This document shows, one piece after another, positions 38,546-51,180 of a stretch of DNA of 64,000 bases; position 1 is the first letter of the stretch, and each line of letters opens with the position of its first letter. Where the stretch lies: contig JABVCE010000021.1 in assembly GCA_014905635.1 (NCBI GenBank), positions 558,001 to 622,000 of the forward strand. The letters run 5' to 3'. A program made the position numbers and the translations under genes. The notes beneath the pieces were generated by a model, which was not told the origin of the DNA, did no database searches, and saw nothing but the letters and a program-made list of their open reading frames with translations. This DNA is from Scenedesmus sp. PABB004 (lineage: Eukaryota).

Positions 38546-39557
38546 CGGGGCTGGGCCCGGCCCGGCCCGCGTGGCGCCCGCGCGGCCGCGGCGCGGGCCC
38601 CGCGGCGCGCGCGCGCCCGCCGCCAGCGCCGGCGCCGCGTGTGAGCTGCTGCTGCTGCCGTGCCTGAAGTTCAGCGTGAAGATGGGCGCGCTCCAGAGCG
38701 GGATGAAGCTGCTCACCGCCGCCGCGTTGACGAGGTCGTCCTGCGACGAAAAGTCGGCCACCAGCAGCGGCGACGACGCGCCCAGCGGCGAGCCGGTGCT
38801 GCGGCGCGCGGGCAATGTGGGCGCGGCGCGGCGCGCGCGCGGGCGAATTCGGTGCGCCGCTGCGGCGCGTGCGCTGGCGGCGCGCGCGCTGGCAGCGCGT
38901 CAGCGGCAGCGCGCGGCGCGGTGCATCTGCAGGACGCGCTCACCTGATCGAGATGAAGCCCCTGTCCTTGCAGCGCTGGTACGCGTCCGGCGGCAGGTGC
39001 GTGCGCAGCGTCTCGCGCAGGTGGCGGTCCAGGGAGCCCGAGCACGCGCGCTCCGCGCGGCACGCGTGCGCGAGGTGCAGCCCCGCGCGCAGGATCTGCG
39101 GCGGCGCGAGGCCGCTGCAGTGACTGGTCGTCACGAGCGCGCCCGACGACGCGCCCGCAATCTTGACGTGCGGCGTGATGACGCCCTGCTCCCGCAGCAC
39201 CTCAACCACGCCTGCGGCCGGCGCGGCGGGCGCGGCGGCTCAGGGAGGGCCTCACCGCCTGCAGCGGGCGCGACAGCTTCCTGCTGCTCGGCGGCTGCCA
39301 GCCCGCCGCCGGTCAGCGCGGCGGGTGCAGCTCGGCGGCTGCCAGCCCGCCGCCGGTCGGCGGCGGGCGCAGCTCGGCGGCTGCGCAGCCCGCCGCCGGC
39401 TGGCGCAGCTCGGCGGCCCGCCGCCGGCCGGCGCGCAGGACCACTTGCGCGTACCTGCGTAGTAGAAGATCAGGAAGCCTGCGCCCGCGAAGCTCAGACC
39501 CACGCTCCCTGGCTCCAGCCCCGCCAGCGAAGAAGTCAGCGTGGCGTTGAGCACCAT
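37726..39557 (-). CDS. Patatin-like phospholipase/lipase 1
   Basis: LSFAGAGFLIFYYAG, GASSG nucleophile elbow, SSFIP and FDGG. C-terminal AKAQPAPAAA repeats. Four introns. Confidence 0.9.
39285..39432. repeat. Intronic ~40-nt minisatellite (GCTCGGCGGCTGC..CAGCCCGCCGCCGG, ~4 copies)
   Basis: Read directly in the first intron of patatin 1. Confidence 0.75.
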
Positions 39558-40563
39558 TGCACGGCGCAGCGGCGGCCGCCGCGGGCGAGGCTGGCGGGCG
39601 AGGCTGCCCCCGCGCTGCGCTGCGTGAGTTGAGGACAATTGCTGGTGCTCCCTGGCGGCCGAGCGGAGGCTGCGGGTGCCGTGGGCGCGCGACGCGGGCC
39701 CGCGATGCGCGCACGCCCGTCTCGCGCCGCCCGATGCACGGGCTGGCGAGCGAGCGCGCGCCCGTGGCAGCACGTACGGGTAAGGCGAAGCTGCTAGAGT
39801 GGCCGCACGGCGCGCGGAGGCATGGTCACTCGCGGGCGCGCAGCCAGGCAGTCGCGCGGGCTGACACCACACGCGAACCACCACCACGGCGTCCGGACTG
39901 CCCCGGCAGCCGCCACGAGCCTGCTTACTACCTCCAGCTGCCTGCACCAGCCTGGCGCCGCCGCCCAAGCAGCAGCGGCGCGCGGCCAGCCCCCTCGGCA
40001 GCAGCACGCGCAGGCGACCACGCACTCTTCCCAAGCACAAAGGAGATTCGTACTTCGGCTAACAAACAATGGGATGCACGAGTCAGAGTCAGTCGGTCAC
40101 AGTCGCACGCACGGCGGCGCGAACCGAGCAGTCGTGGCGCGTGGGTCGCGTCGTGGCGTCAGCGAAGAAGCGCCCGAGTCCTGCGCAGTCCCATACGGCG
40201 GCCCGCGGCCATGGCAGGCGCAGCGCGCGGGCCGCCGCAAACGTTCACGCAGTCAGCAACACAGGCGGGTCCAGCAACGCGGTCGGCGACGCGCTCCGCC
40301 CACGCGGCCGGAGCGCGGCCCGCCGCCGCACAGTCCGCGGCCGCAAATGCTGGCGGCACGCGCCAATAAAGCGCACAGCGACAACACACAGTCCTGCTGA
40401 CCTGCTGGAGTCTTCGGCACACCGATGGGTGTGCTGGGACGCGGCAGCATGGCGCCGCCGCTGCAATAGCAGCCCCGCCCGGGCCCCACCCGACTCTTCT
40501 CATCACAGCCAGCCGCAGCGTGCACTGCCTGCGCAGCTCCCCCGCACACACACGACGGACGCC

Positions 40564-41988
40564 TCACCCCGCCCTGGGCGCCTCCCCCGCCGGCGCAGGC
40601 GGGGGCACCCAGCCGCGCTCCGCCGCCGCGGCGCGGCGCCGCGCCGCCGCGGCCGCCGCGAGGCCCGTGGCGCGCGCCCACGCGGCGCCGTCGGCGCGGC
40701 CGAGCGCCTCGAGGTGCGCGTTGACCGCCGCGTCGCCGGGCAGCACCACGAGCATCGCCCAGTCGTCCGTGGAGAGGCCGGTGTCGGTCCAGATGCCCGG
40801 CGCGACGTCGACGCCGTGCGCCGCCGCGAGGCGCAGCGCGGTCACGTTGACGCCCCGCGCCGGCGCGGCGTCCAGGTGCGCCGGCGCCGCGGCCGCGTGC
40901 CGCGGCGCGCGGTGCCCGCCGAGCGACGACGCGGCGCCCAGCACGCGCACCCAGGCGCCGAACGAGCGCGGGAAGACCCACGGCGGGTTGCCGGACGCGA
41001 CGCGCACGCACAGCAGGCCAGCGCCGGCGCGCCGCGGCGCGGCGCCCGCGCCCGCGGTCTTGGTCGTGGCGGCGCCGGGCGGGCAGGGCTGGGCGTCGCT
41101 GAAGTAGCCGTCGTAGGCCGGCGCGCCGCGGAAGGTCGCGGTGGTGTTGCGGCCGGACCAGTAGGGAATGTAGCTGCTCGCCGCCGCGGCCGACAGCAGG
41201 TCGGCGTCAGAGGTGAAGCGCGAGACGAGCAGCCCCGGCGTCGCGCGGCCGGGCGGCTGCGGGAACCTGCGCGGCGCCGCGGCGCGGACGGGGGTGGGCG
41301 CGCGCGCCGCCGCGGCCCGGCGCGGGCGGCGCGGCGCCCGCGCACCGGCCGGTCGAGACGGAGAACCAGACGCGCCCGCTGCAGCGCTTGTAGGCGCCCG
41401 GCGGCAGGAACCGCGCGAGCGCGGGGCGCAGCGCGTCGTCGAGCGTGAGCTGGCAGTTGCGGTGCGCGCGGCAGTGCTCGCTGACCTCGGCCAGCACGCG
41501 CGGCAGCAGGCCCGGCACGCCCGCGCAGTGCGCGAGCGCGAGCAGCGACCCCGACGACGCGCCCGCGACGCGCGTCGCGTCGGTGATCACGCCCAGCTGG
41601 CGCAGCACGCTGTACACGCCTGCGGCGCCGCGGCGGCGCGGGGTGGCGTCGCCGTCAGCGCGCCGCCCTGGCAGTCCCCCCCCCCCCTCGTCGCTCGGAG
41701 GTGCCTCCGAGGGCGGCACACCCCGAGCGCCCGCTGCTGCTCGGGGCAGCGGGCTGGCGGTGACCCGGCCCCCGCTGCGCTGCCTCGCTGCGCTGGGGCC
41801 GCCCGCGCCGCACCGAGCATGTAGGACATGAGGAAGCCGGCGATGCTGAAGCTGAAGACCAGAGAATTGCTCTCAAACGCCGCCACCAGCGCGGCGCCGC
41901 CGGCGACGCCCGCGGTGCTGCCGTTGACGGCCGCGATCGCGGTCGAGGCCATTCCCGGACCCAGGGCCACCGCCGCCATCAGGCCCAT
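40564..41988 (-). CDS. Patatin-like phospholipase/lipase 2 (tandem paralogue)
   Basis: FSFSIAGFLMSYMLG|VYSVL, GASSG, SSYIP, YDGY and QPCPPG. The Cys pattern and intron positions match patatin 1. Start uncertain. Confidence 0.85.
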
Positions 41989-42431
41989 GCGGGCGCTGGA
42001 CGGCGGGGCGCCGGGCAGGCCGCGCTGCTGGCGTGGCCCCGTGCGCGCCGGCACCGCGCAGCCGCGCAGCTGGCTTCCGACGCTGCCGAAACGCGCGGGG
42101 CGAGCGAACGCGATGGCGGCGAGACGGCGCGCCTGGCTGGATCGCGCGTGGGTGCCAGGTCGGCGCTCGGCCTCTGCTGCGGCGCGTGTGGGCAAACGCG
42201 CCGCGTGCGAGAGAGCGCGATGAGCGCCGGAGGCGGCGGAGGATGCATGGGACCAGCGGCAGAGAAAACGCTCTCCAGGTCACCAGCAAAACGGCCGTTT
42301 CGGTACCACGGCGCGGCTGCCCACCGCCGCCGCTCGCCCCGCACGACGCCGGTCGGCTGAGCCAGCAAGAGATTACCCGCACACACACAGGGTCACCCTC
42401 ACACGCGGCGCCGCACATCGCTCGCCTGGCG

Positions 42432-45400
42432 TCACCGCAGCGCCGGCGACCGCAGCTCAGAAGAAGGCTGCGCAGCGGCCTTTGCGGCTGAAGGCTGCGC
42501 TGCCTCGGTCGCCTCGGCCGCCGCCGGCTGCTGCTGCTTGGGCTGCCACTGCTGCTGCTGCTTGGGCTGCCACTGCTGCCGCGGCGCGCCGCGCGGCTGC
42601 GACGCGGCGCCGCCCTCGCGGCCGCCGCCTCGGCCGCCCCGCCGCCCGGCGCCGCGCCCTGCGCCAGCCGGGCGCGCCTCGCCGCCGGCCGGCGCCGCGC
42701 CCTCGGCGGCGCCGCCTGGTGCTGCACGACTGCCGCCACGGCCGCCGCCGCGCCCGACGCCGCGCCCGCCGCCGCGGCCGCCGCCACGGCCGCCGCCGCG
42801 CCGCGGCTCGCCCTCCCCGCCAGCAGCTGCGCCCGCCGCCCCTGCCTGCTGCTGCAGCAGCTGCTGCTGCTGCTGCTGCTGCTGCCTGGGGCCGCTGGCG
42901 TCAGGCGCGCCGCCCTCGTCGGCGGCCTCGCCGCCGGCCGCGGCCCGCGCCCGGCCGCGCGCGGCGCCGCCCGCCCGGTGGCGGCGGCGGCGCCGCGCCG
43001 CTCCGCCGCGGCGCGCTGCGCCGCCGCCTCGGCCTCGGCCTGCTGCTGCTGCCGCTGCAGCGCCTCGTCGCTCTGAATCTCCGACAGCGACCGCACCGTG
43101 GGCTGCTCCCGCACGTACCACCGGCTGGGCGCGGGCGGGCTGCTGCCGGCGGCGGCAAGGAAGCTGCCGGCGCCGCCGCTGGCCTTGAGGCTGCGGGCCA
43201 GCCCCGGCGAGCTGCCAAACACGGCCGCGCCGGGGCTGCTTCCGAGCAGCCCCGCCGCGGCGGCGGCCGGGCCGGCGCTGCCGGGCGAGGCGCCGCCGGG
43301 CGCGGGGCCCGCGCCGGCGCCCGCGAGCGCGCGCGTCAGGCCGCCCGCGGCGCGCATCTGCTGCACGGCGGGCGACGCCGCGGCCGCGGCGGCGGCCTTC
43401 TCTCGCTGGTACGCCGCCCAGCCTGTGGTCGCGCGCACCTGCTCCTGCTCCGCCTGGATGTGCAGCAGCGACACGGCGCCGCTCGCGGGCGGGCTGCTGC
43501 CGGCGACGCCGCCCCACGCCGGGCCCGCGCCCGCGGCGGGGCTGCCGCCACCCGCCGCGCCGGCCTTGGGCCGCGACCGCGCCGCGGCCAGCGGGCTGGG
43601 CGCCTTGGCAATGAATTCAGAGAGGGAGAGCTTGACGCCGCCGCTGCCGGCGCCGCCGCCCGCCGGCGCCGCCTGGTGCAGCGCCGCCGGGGCGGCCGCG
43701 CCCGCCGGCGGCCCGGCGGGCGGCAGCGCCGCCGCGGCGCGCGCGGGGCCCCCGGCCGCCGCGGCGCCCCTGTCTGCGCTGTCGCCGCCGCCGCCGCCGC
43801 CGGCCACCGTGAAGCCGATGCGGGGCTTGGGACCAGGCGGGGGCGTCGCCAGGCTGCCGCCGCCACCGCTGCTGCCGGCGCTGCTGCCAGCTGCAGCAGG
43901 GCCGCCGGCGGCGCTGGCCGGCCGCGGGCTGGCCTGGGCGGCCGCGCCCGCCGGCGCTGGCCGGCCCTCCAGCAGCTGCCGCAGCGACGGCAGCGCCTCG
44001 CCCGCCGACGCCTGCCGCAGTGCCGCGCCGCCCCATGCGGGACCCTTGGGCGCCTTGCCGTCCGCGGCGGGCGGCAGCGGCGGCGGCGGCGGCGGCGCCG
44101 GCCGGTCAAGCTCGCCGGTCAGGAACATTGACAGCCCGCCCTTGCGCTGCGCCTGCTGCTTCCGGGCCGACTTGCCGCCGCCGGGCGCCGGCGGGGGCGT
44201 CACGGCATCGCCCTCCGGTGCCTCGGCCGCCGCACCGCCGCTGCCGCCGGCGGCGCCGTCGCCCGCAGGCGCGGGCGGCGCCGCCCCCGTCGCCGCTGCT
44301 GCGGCGGCGCTCGCCGCCTCCGCCGCCGCCCGGTGCAGCGCCGCACCGGGCGAGCGGCCCGCCGACGACGACGCCAGCGGCGACGCGCCGAGCGGGCCCA
44401 GGCCGCTGCTGCCGCCGCGCCAGCTGCCGCTCGCGGCCGCGTCGCCGTCGCCGGGCGCGAGGTAGAGCTTCTGCGCGACCGCCTGCGCGCGCGCCAGCAG
44501 CGCCATCACGTCCTCCAGGCTCGCGCTGCCCGCCGCAATCTGGCCCAGCGCGTCGCAGAGCGTGCCCTTAAGGCTCAGCTTGGCCTGCTGCTGCGGGTCG
44601 AGCAGCGCGCCGGCCGCCTGCCGCGCCTCCAGGCCCTCGACCTGCTGCAGCTTCTTCAGCAGGTTGCGCTGCAGCCGCGCCGCCGCCTCGCGCAGCCCCG
44701 CCGCGCGGCCGCCGTCGGCACTGAAGCTGGCGCCGCCCGCGGCGGCCGGCTGCGGCTCGCCGTGCGCCCAGCTGCCCTGCGTCGCCGCCAGCGCGCCGCG
44801 CGCGGCGGCGAGCTGCGCCGCGTGGCCGCCGCCGCCGCCCGCGCCGGCCCACGCGCCAGGCGCGGGGCTCTGCGCCGCGGCGGGGAAGCTGGTGGGCCGC
44901 CGGCCGCGCTGCAGGCGGCGGTAGAGGTGCGCCGCCGCCGCTGGGGGCGCCCGCGGCGCCGCCTGCTGCGCTGCCGCGGACGCATCGGCAGCGGCGGGCT
45001 CCGGCTCCGGCGGCAGGCCCTGATCCCGCAGGTACCGCCGCCGCACCGCCGCGCGCGCCGCCGCGGCCGCCGCGGCGCGCTCCTCGTCCTCCCCCTCCAC
45101 GTACTGCCCGCCAGGAATGACGACGTCAAAGCCCAGCGCCTCGCGGCGAATGACGTAGCGCCCGGTGCCGCCGCCGACGCCATCGGCGGCGCCCGCGGCC
45201 TGCTGCTGCTGCTGCTGCGCCCCCGCCGCCGCCTGCCGGTCCTCGGCCGCGGCGGGCGCCGGCGGCGGCACGCCGAGCGCGAGCCGCGCAAACAGGCCCT
45301 CCAGCTCGGCCAGCAGGTGGCGCGGCAGCGCCTCAAACGCGTGCCGCGCCTCAGCAATCACCATGTCCAGGTTGCGCACCGCCACGGCCTGGCAGTAGGC

Positions 45401-48400
45401 CTTGAGCAGCGCCGCGCCTGCGGCGAAAGAAGAGCGGCGCGCCGCGGCGGCGGCAGCACGTCGGCGGGCGGCGGGGCGGCGGGCAGGGACGGCAGGCGCA
45501 GAGGCGCGCGGCGGCGGGGCGCGCGCCCGGGCCGCCCGCCCGCTGCGCACCGGCGACATCGGCGTACTCCAGCAGGGCCGGCGCGGTGCGCGGCTCCACC
45601 AGCTGCAGCGCGACCACGCGCTCGCACAGCGCGTGCAGCGGCTGCACGGCGCCGCCGCCGTCGGCGTCGCCCCGCCGGTGGGCGGTGCAGCTGCCGCCGC
45701 CGCTGCTGCTCCGCCGCGCCGGGCGGCCGCCGGCGGCTGCGTCTGCGGCCGCGGTGAACTCCTCGTCCGAGCCCTCGTCTGGCTCGCCGCTCGCCTCGTC
45801 GCTGCCCTGCGACGGCAGCGCCGCCGCGCCGCGTGCGCTGGCGCCGGCGCCGGTGTCGAGCGCCAGCAGCGCCTCGGCTGATGCTGCCACGGCGCCGCGC
45901 GGCAACGCGGGCGCCGCCCAGCTCTGCAGCGCCAGGCTGTGCTTCTCGCCGACAGCCACCTGCGTGACGTGCCGCGGCCCGGCCACGCGCACGGGCGCCA
46001 CCGGCGCCGTGGGGCCCACCCAGGCCGCCAGCATCGCCCGCAGCGCCGCCGCGCTGCCGCTGTCGCGGCCGTCCTTGGGCGCTGCGCTGCCGGCGTAGCT
46101 GAAGCTACCGCCGCCGCCGGCGCCGGCGGCCGCGGCGGGCGCAGCGGCGCCCTCCGCGGCCGCGGCGGCGTCGGCAGCGGCGCCGCCGGCCGGCGCCGCC
46201 GCGCCGGCGGCCGCGGGCGCCTCGGGCTGCCGCGGCTGCTGCTCGCCATGTTCCGCGCCGCCGCCCGGCGGGCCGGGCCGCGCCGTGCGGCGCGTCTTGC
46301 CGTCGCGGCTCTCCCACATGTACACGCGACCGTCCTCGGTGACCACGGCGGTGCGGTTCTTGCCAGCCGATAGCGCCACCGCGACGGCGCCCGCGAGCGG
46401 GCCGGCGACCTCGAGCGCGCGCGGCGCGGGCGCGGGCGAGGGCCACGCGAGCACCGCGCCGGCGCGCGTGAGGCACGACGTGTGCGCCGCGCCGGCGGCG
46501 ACCGCGACCGCAAACGGCCGCGACACCTCGGTCTGGCCGTGGTGGAACAGCAGCTGCTCGCTGCCCACGGCGTCGGCCGGCGCGCCCGCGCCGCCGCCGC
46601 CGCCGCCGGCGCCGGCGCCGGCGCTGGCGCCGCCGGCTCGTCGGCCTGCTGCGGCGCCGCGCGCGCGGTGTCGCGGCCGCCCGCGAGCAGCACCTTGCGG
46701 GGCGTGACCGCCTTGTGGCCAAAGGTATAGACCTCGCCGTCGGCGGTGAGCACGACTGCGGGCGCACGCACGCGCGGGGCGGCGGGCGCGGCGGTCAGGT
46801 CAGGGCGGAGGCGCCGGGCGGCCCGCCCGCCGCCCGCCGCGGCCCACGGCGCCGCACGCCGCGCGGCGCGCACCCGTGTGGTGCTTCGCGGCCGCGACGC
46901 CGACAAGGCGCCGCCCGCGCAGCGCTTCGACCAGGCGGGGGCTGGGGTTGCAGGCGCTGTCGCTCGTGCCGTAGCCGAGCTGCCCGGCGGCGTTGCCGCC
47001 CCACGTGAACACCTCGCCGCCGTCGGTCACCGCCGCCGAGTGCTTGTTCGCGGCAGCGAGCGCGACGACGCACTGCCGCGGCGGCAGGCCCGCGACCCTG
47101 CCGGCGGCGGCGGCGGCGGGGCGCAGTCGGCGTGGCCCGGCCTCAGGGGGGGGGGCAGGGCGGCGCCCGGGGTGCGCCGCGCGGCGCTGCCCGCCGTGGG
47201 CTGGCTCACTTGCGCGGCGTGGGCTGCGTGTCAACCGCCGGGTACCCCAGGCGGCCGTCCTTGTTGGACCCCCACGAAAACACCTCGCCCGCGCTCGTCG
47301 CCACGAGCGTGTGGTGCTTGGCCGCCGCGACAAACACCACCGCGCGCTTGCCGAGCCCCGCGACCGCGCGGGGCAGGATCTGGCGGCGCCGGCGGCGACG
47401 GCGGCGGGGTCGGCGGCCGGCGGCCGCGCGCGCGGCGCGGCACGGCGCGGCGCGGCGCGGCGCGGCGCGCGCTGCCCAGCGCGCTCGCCCGCCCACCCCG
47501 CCCCGGACCTGCGCGCTGGAGCCTCCATGCAGCTGAAGGTCGCCGTGACCGAGCCGGCCGCCGCGGCCAAAGCCCCAGGTCAGCAGCCGCCCGTCCTCCG
47601 TCACGGCCGCCGAGTGAAACTTGGCCGCCGCGAGCGCCACCACGCGCACGGCCGCGGGCGGCGCCGCTGCCGCGCCGGCGCCGCCGCCGCTGCTGCTGCT
47701 GCGCGCCGCCGCCGCGGCCTCGTCCGGCTGCGGCAGCTCCACGCGCGCGGGCGACAGGATCAGCTGCACCGAGCCCGTGCCGAGCGTGAGGTTCGCCCCG
47801 TTGCCCCAGCTGTAAAGGGAGGTGAACCCGACCAGCCCGCCGCCGTCCCCAGCCGCGGCCGCGCCCGCCGCGGCTGACGGCGCCGCCGCGGCGAGGCGCA
47901 GCTGCTCGCGCAGCTCGCGCGACACGAGGTCAAGCGGCAGCCGGCCCTGCGGCGCGCGGGCGGCGGAGCGGGGGGCCGTGAGCAAGCCAGGCGGCGCGCG
48001 CCCGCGGCGCCGCCGCTGGGGGCGGGGTCCGTCGCGCCGCCTCGCCGCACCTTGTGGTCGGCCACCTCCAGCGACAGCGCCGCGCCGCGCGCCAGCAGCA
48101 GCGCCGCGGCGCCCCAACTGCCCTGGTACAGCGCCTTGTGCAGCGGCGTCCTGCGCGCGCGGCGGCGGCGGCGACAGTCGGAGGCCGCGCGCGGCGCGGC
48201 GCGGCGCGGCGCGGCGCGGCGCGGCAGCAGACTCACCAGCCGGACTCGCCGTCCTGGAGGTTGGGGTCTGCACCGGCGTCCAACAGCTGCTCAATGGCGT
48301 CCAGCGAGTTGCGCCACACCTGCGCGCCGCGGCGGCGGACGCTCGGCCAGGCGGGCGCGGGCGCGGCGGCGCCGCGCGCGGATGCCGCGGCGCGGGGCGC

Positions 48401-48669
48401 AGATGCCCGCCGCTGCCGCTCGGGCGCTGCTGCCGCGCGCGCCCGCCACGCCGCGCACCGCCGAGTGCAGCGCGTAGCCCTCGAACGCCGTGGGCCTGGC
48501 CATGGCAGGCGTGGGGCGCGGGCGGTGGGCGCATGCGGGCGGCGGCGACCGGCCGCGGGGCGCCCCGCCGCGCGGCGCACCGGTTGGCCGCGGCGCCCCC
48601 CAGCTTGCGCAGCGCCTGCTCCAGCTGCGCCGGGCCCGCCGCCAGCGCGGCGGCGATCAGGTCGGCCAT
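42432..48669 (-). CDS. Ankyrin-repeat plus RCC1-repeat protein (IBTK-like)
   Basis: QDGESGW|TPLHKALYQG (ANK). RCC1 repeats LYSWGNGANLTLG, LTWGFGRGGRLGHG, FSWGSNKDGRLG and FTWGGNAAGQLG. A BACK-like LHALCE...LKAYCQAVAVRNLD, then RNLLKKLQQVEGLE and RKGGLSMFLTGELD. Two apparent frameshifts; the 3' end is inferred. Confidence 0.85.
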
Positions 48670-49171
48670 CGCCCGCCCTGCCTGGCCTCACGCGCCGCGC
48701 GCTTGCGCCGCCATGTTCCGCTGCCGCGCTGCTCGGCGCCGCCGCAGCTGCTGCCGGGCACCGCCTGCCGGCTGCGGGCGCAGCTCTGTTGCCTGAACCA
48801 GCGAGAGAGGCGAGGCCCGCCAGTTAGCAGCGTCAGAACGCGGCACATGCCCCCGAGTGCAAGCCGAAGCACCTCAGGCGCCCGGCCCTGCTCCATCGCA
48901 CTGAACCAGCTTGGTGAAATCCGTCGCGCCCGCGACCGCTGCTCATCGGCCAGTGTCGGCGCAGACCAGCACACCCGCGCCCGCCAGGCGAGCCGATTGA
49001 TCGCCGCGCCGTGCGGAGGGCTGCGGGAGCTCGTCCTGCGACAGCCGCGCCGGGCGGCCGCCGCGCCTGCGCCGCCGGCGCAGCGGGCGCGGCGAGCGAG
49101 CAGCGGCGCGCTCCGGCGCGCCGGCGCGCGGGCGCAGGCGGCCGCCTGCAGCCCCGGCGCGCGGCGGGCGC

Positions 49172-50774
49172 ATGACGGAGCACCCGCTGGGCGGCGCCGG
49201 CGGCGGCCGGCCCGCCGCCAACGGCGGCCACGCGCCGCGCGGCGCCGGCTGGCCGCGCGGCGGCGGCCCGCCGCACGCGGCGGCGGCCTGGGCGGAGGCG
49301 GCCGAGGCGGCGGCGCGCCGCGCGCCGCGCCGGCTCGCGGCCGGGCTGCTCGGCCTGCTGTGCGCCGCGCTCGCGCTCGCGCACCCGGGCGCGCGGTACC
49401 ACGCCGGCGAGGCGCTGCGCGGCGCGCTCGGGCTGCGGCCGAGCCACGACGACGCGCCGACGTTCCGGCTCAGCCGCAGCAAGGGCCTGTGCCGGCTCGA
49501 GTACACGGTACGCACGTACGACGGCGCCAACGCGCCCGCGTGCGATCCCCGGCTGTGCGCGGGGCGGCACAAGCTGCGCCTGCTGCGCGACCTCCCGCAC
49601 GTGCGCCGCTGGTCGGCGTTTGACGAGAGCCAGTACAAGGCGATGTTCAACACAGTCTCGGGCTGGCTCCAGGCGCGTGGGGGGCGCCGCAGCGGCGGCG
49701 GGCTGCAGGCGGCGGCGCGGGGCTGCTGCGACGCAGGCGGCGCCGGGCGCAGGCGGCGCCGAGCGCGGCGCGCGCTCACCGGCCGGCCCGCCGCCCGCCG
49801 CCCGCTGCGCGCCGCGCGCGGCCGCCGCGCGCAGCCGTCGCAGGTCGCGTACGTCAAGGCGTTCACCGCGTTCCAGCACAGCCTGGGGCTCTACGGCGCG
49901 GTCGGCGAGGTCGGCGTGCACCACGGCAAGTTTCTCATGCCCATCGTCGGCCACGCGCTGCAGGGCGAGCCCGCCGTCGCGGCGGACCTGTTTGAGCAGC
50001 AGGACTCCAACCTCGACGGCTCCGGTGCGGGGCGCGCGAGCGCGCACGGGCGGCGGCGGGCGGCGGCAGCGCGCACGGGCGGCGGCGGGCGTGGGGGGTG
50101 GCTCTCGCGCACGCGCCGACTGCAGGCTGCGCCCCGCCGCCGCGCAGGGCGGGGCAGCAAGTCGTACCTCCTGCACAACCTCGAGGCCGCGGGCATCCCC
50201 GAGCGCAGCCTCACGCTCCTCGGCGGCAACAGCCTCACGCTGCGCGCGGCCAACTTCACCGCGCGCGGCCTGCCCGCGTTCCGGCTCGTGAGCGTGGACG
50301 GCGGGCACACGCTCGAGATCACGCTGCATGACATGATGCTCGCGAGCTGCCTCGTGCGCGACGGCGGGCTCGTGGTGCTGGACGACTTCCCAAACCCCGT
50401 GTGGGTGGGCGTCGCGGAGGCGCTCATGCACTTCACGCACGCGCAGGACAGGCGCGACGCGCGGCGCCGCGCGTCGCGGGGCGGGGCGCCGCCGCGCCCC
50501 TCGCGCACCCCTCGCGCGCGCGTGCCGCCGCCCCGCGCCCGTCCATGGCACCACCGCCAACCGGCCCCCTGTGGTCCCGCGCGTGACGCCGTCACGCAGG
50601 CTGGTGCCGTTCATGCACGGCTACAACAAGGTCTGGTTTGCGACGCGCTCCCACGTGGCCGCGTACGCCGACTTCATCGCGTCGCGGCCCGACGTCTTCA
50701 CGTGCACCAAGCACCACGAGTCGCGCCGCGCGATCGCGGGGCACACGCTGTGCTACACCGGGCCCATGCAGTGA
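49172..50774 (+). CDS. Class I SAM-dependent methyltransferase (Methyltransf_24-like) with an N-terminal membrane anchor
   Basis: Hydrophobic LAAGLLGLLCAALALA after basic residues. GEVGVHHGK, ADLFE, VSVDGGH and GGLVVLDDFPNPVW.GV. Three introns (two GC-AG). Confidence 0.8.
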
Positions 50775-51180
50775 ACGCGGCGGGGGGGGGGCAAGGAACG
50801 GGCAACGCGCCGGCGCCCCTGCGACCCCGCCGCGTGACGAGCGCCGCGCCGCGGGCCCCAACCCCGCCGCGCCGCCTCGCCGCCGCTGCCACCTCCGGGC
50901 TGGGCCCAGCGTCGGCAGAGCGCTCCCGCGAGCCAGGCGCCCCAGATTCCCTGCTCCTCCGCGCCGCTGCACACAGCTGCCGTGCGCCGCACGCACGACC
51001 GCCGCTGCTCGCCAGGGGCCGCCAGCGCTCTCGCCTTGCGCAGCTCCGCGTCACGTGACGCGCCAGGAGGCCGGAACTCGCGCGCAGCGGCTGCGGCGCG
51101 GCGCGGCGCGCGGCCGGGCCCGCTCCGTCCGCACAGCGGCCCGCGTGGGGCTCCAGGCACCGCGTGGAGCTCGTGGCGCC

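Noticed and set aside
41873..46906. 1677-aa ORF as a single-exon gene
   Set aside because: It crosses introns and frame breaks of the IBTK-like gene and overlaps the patatin 2 start.
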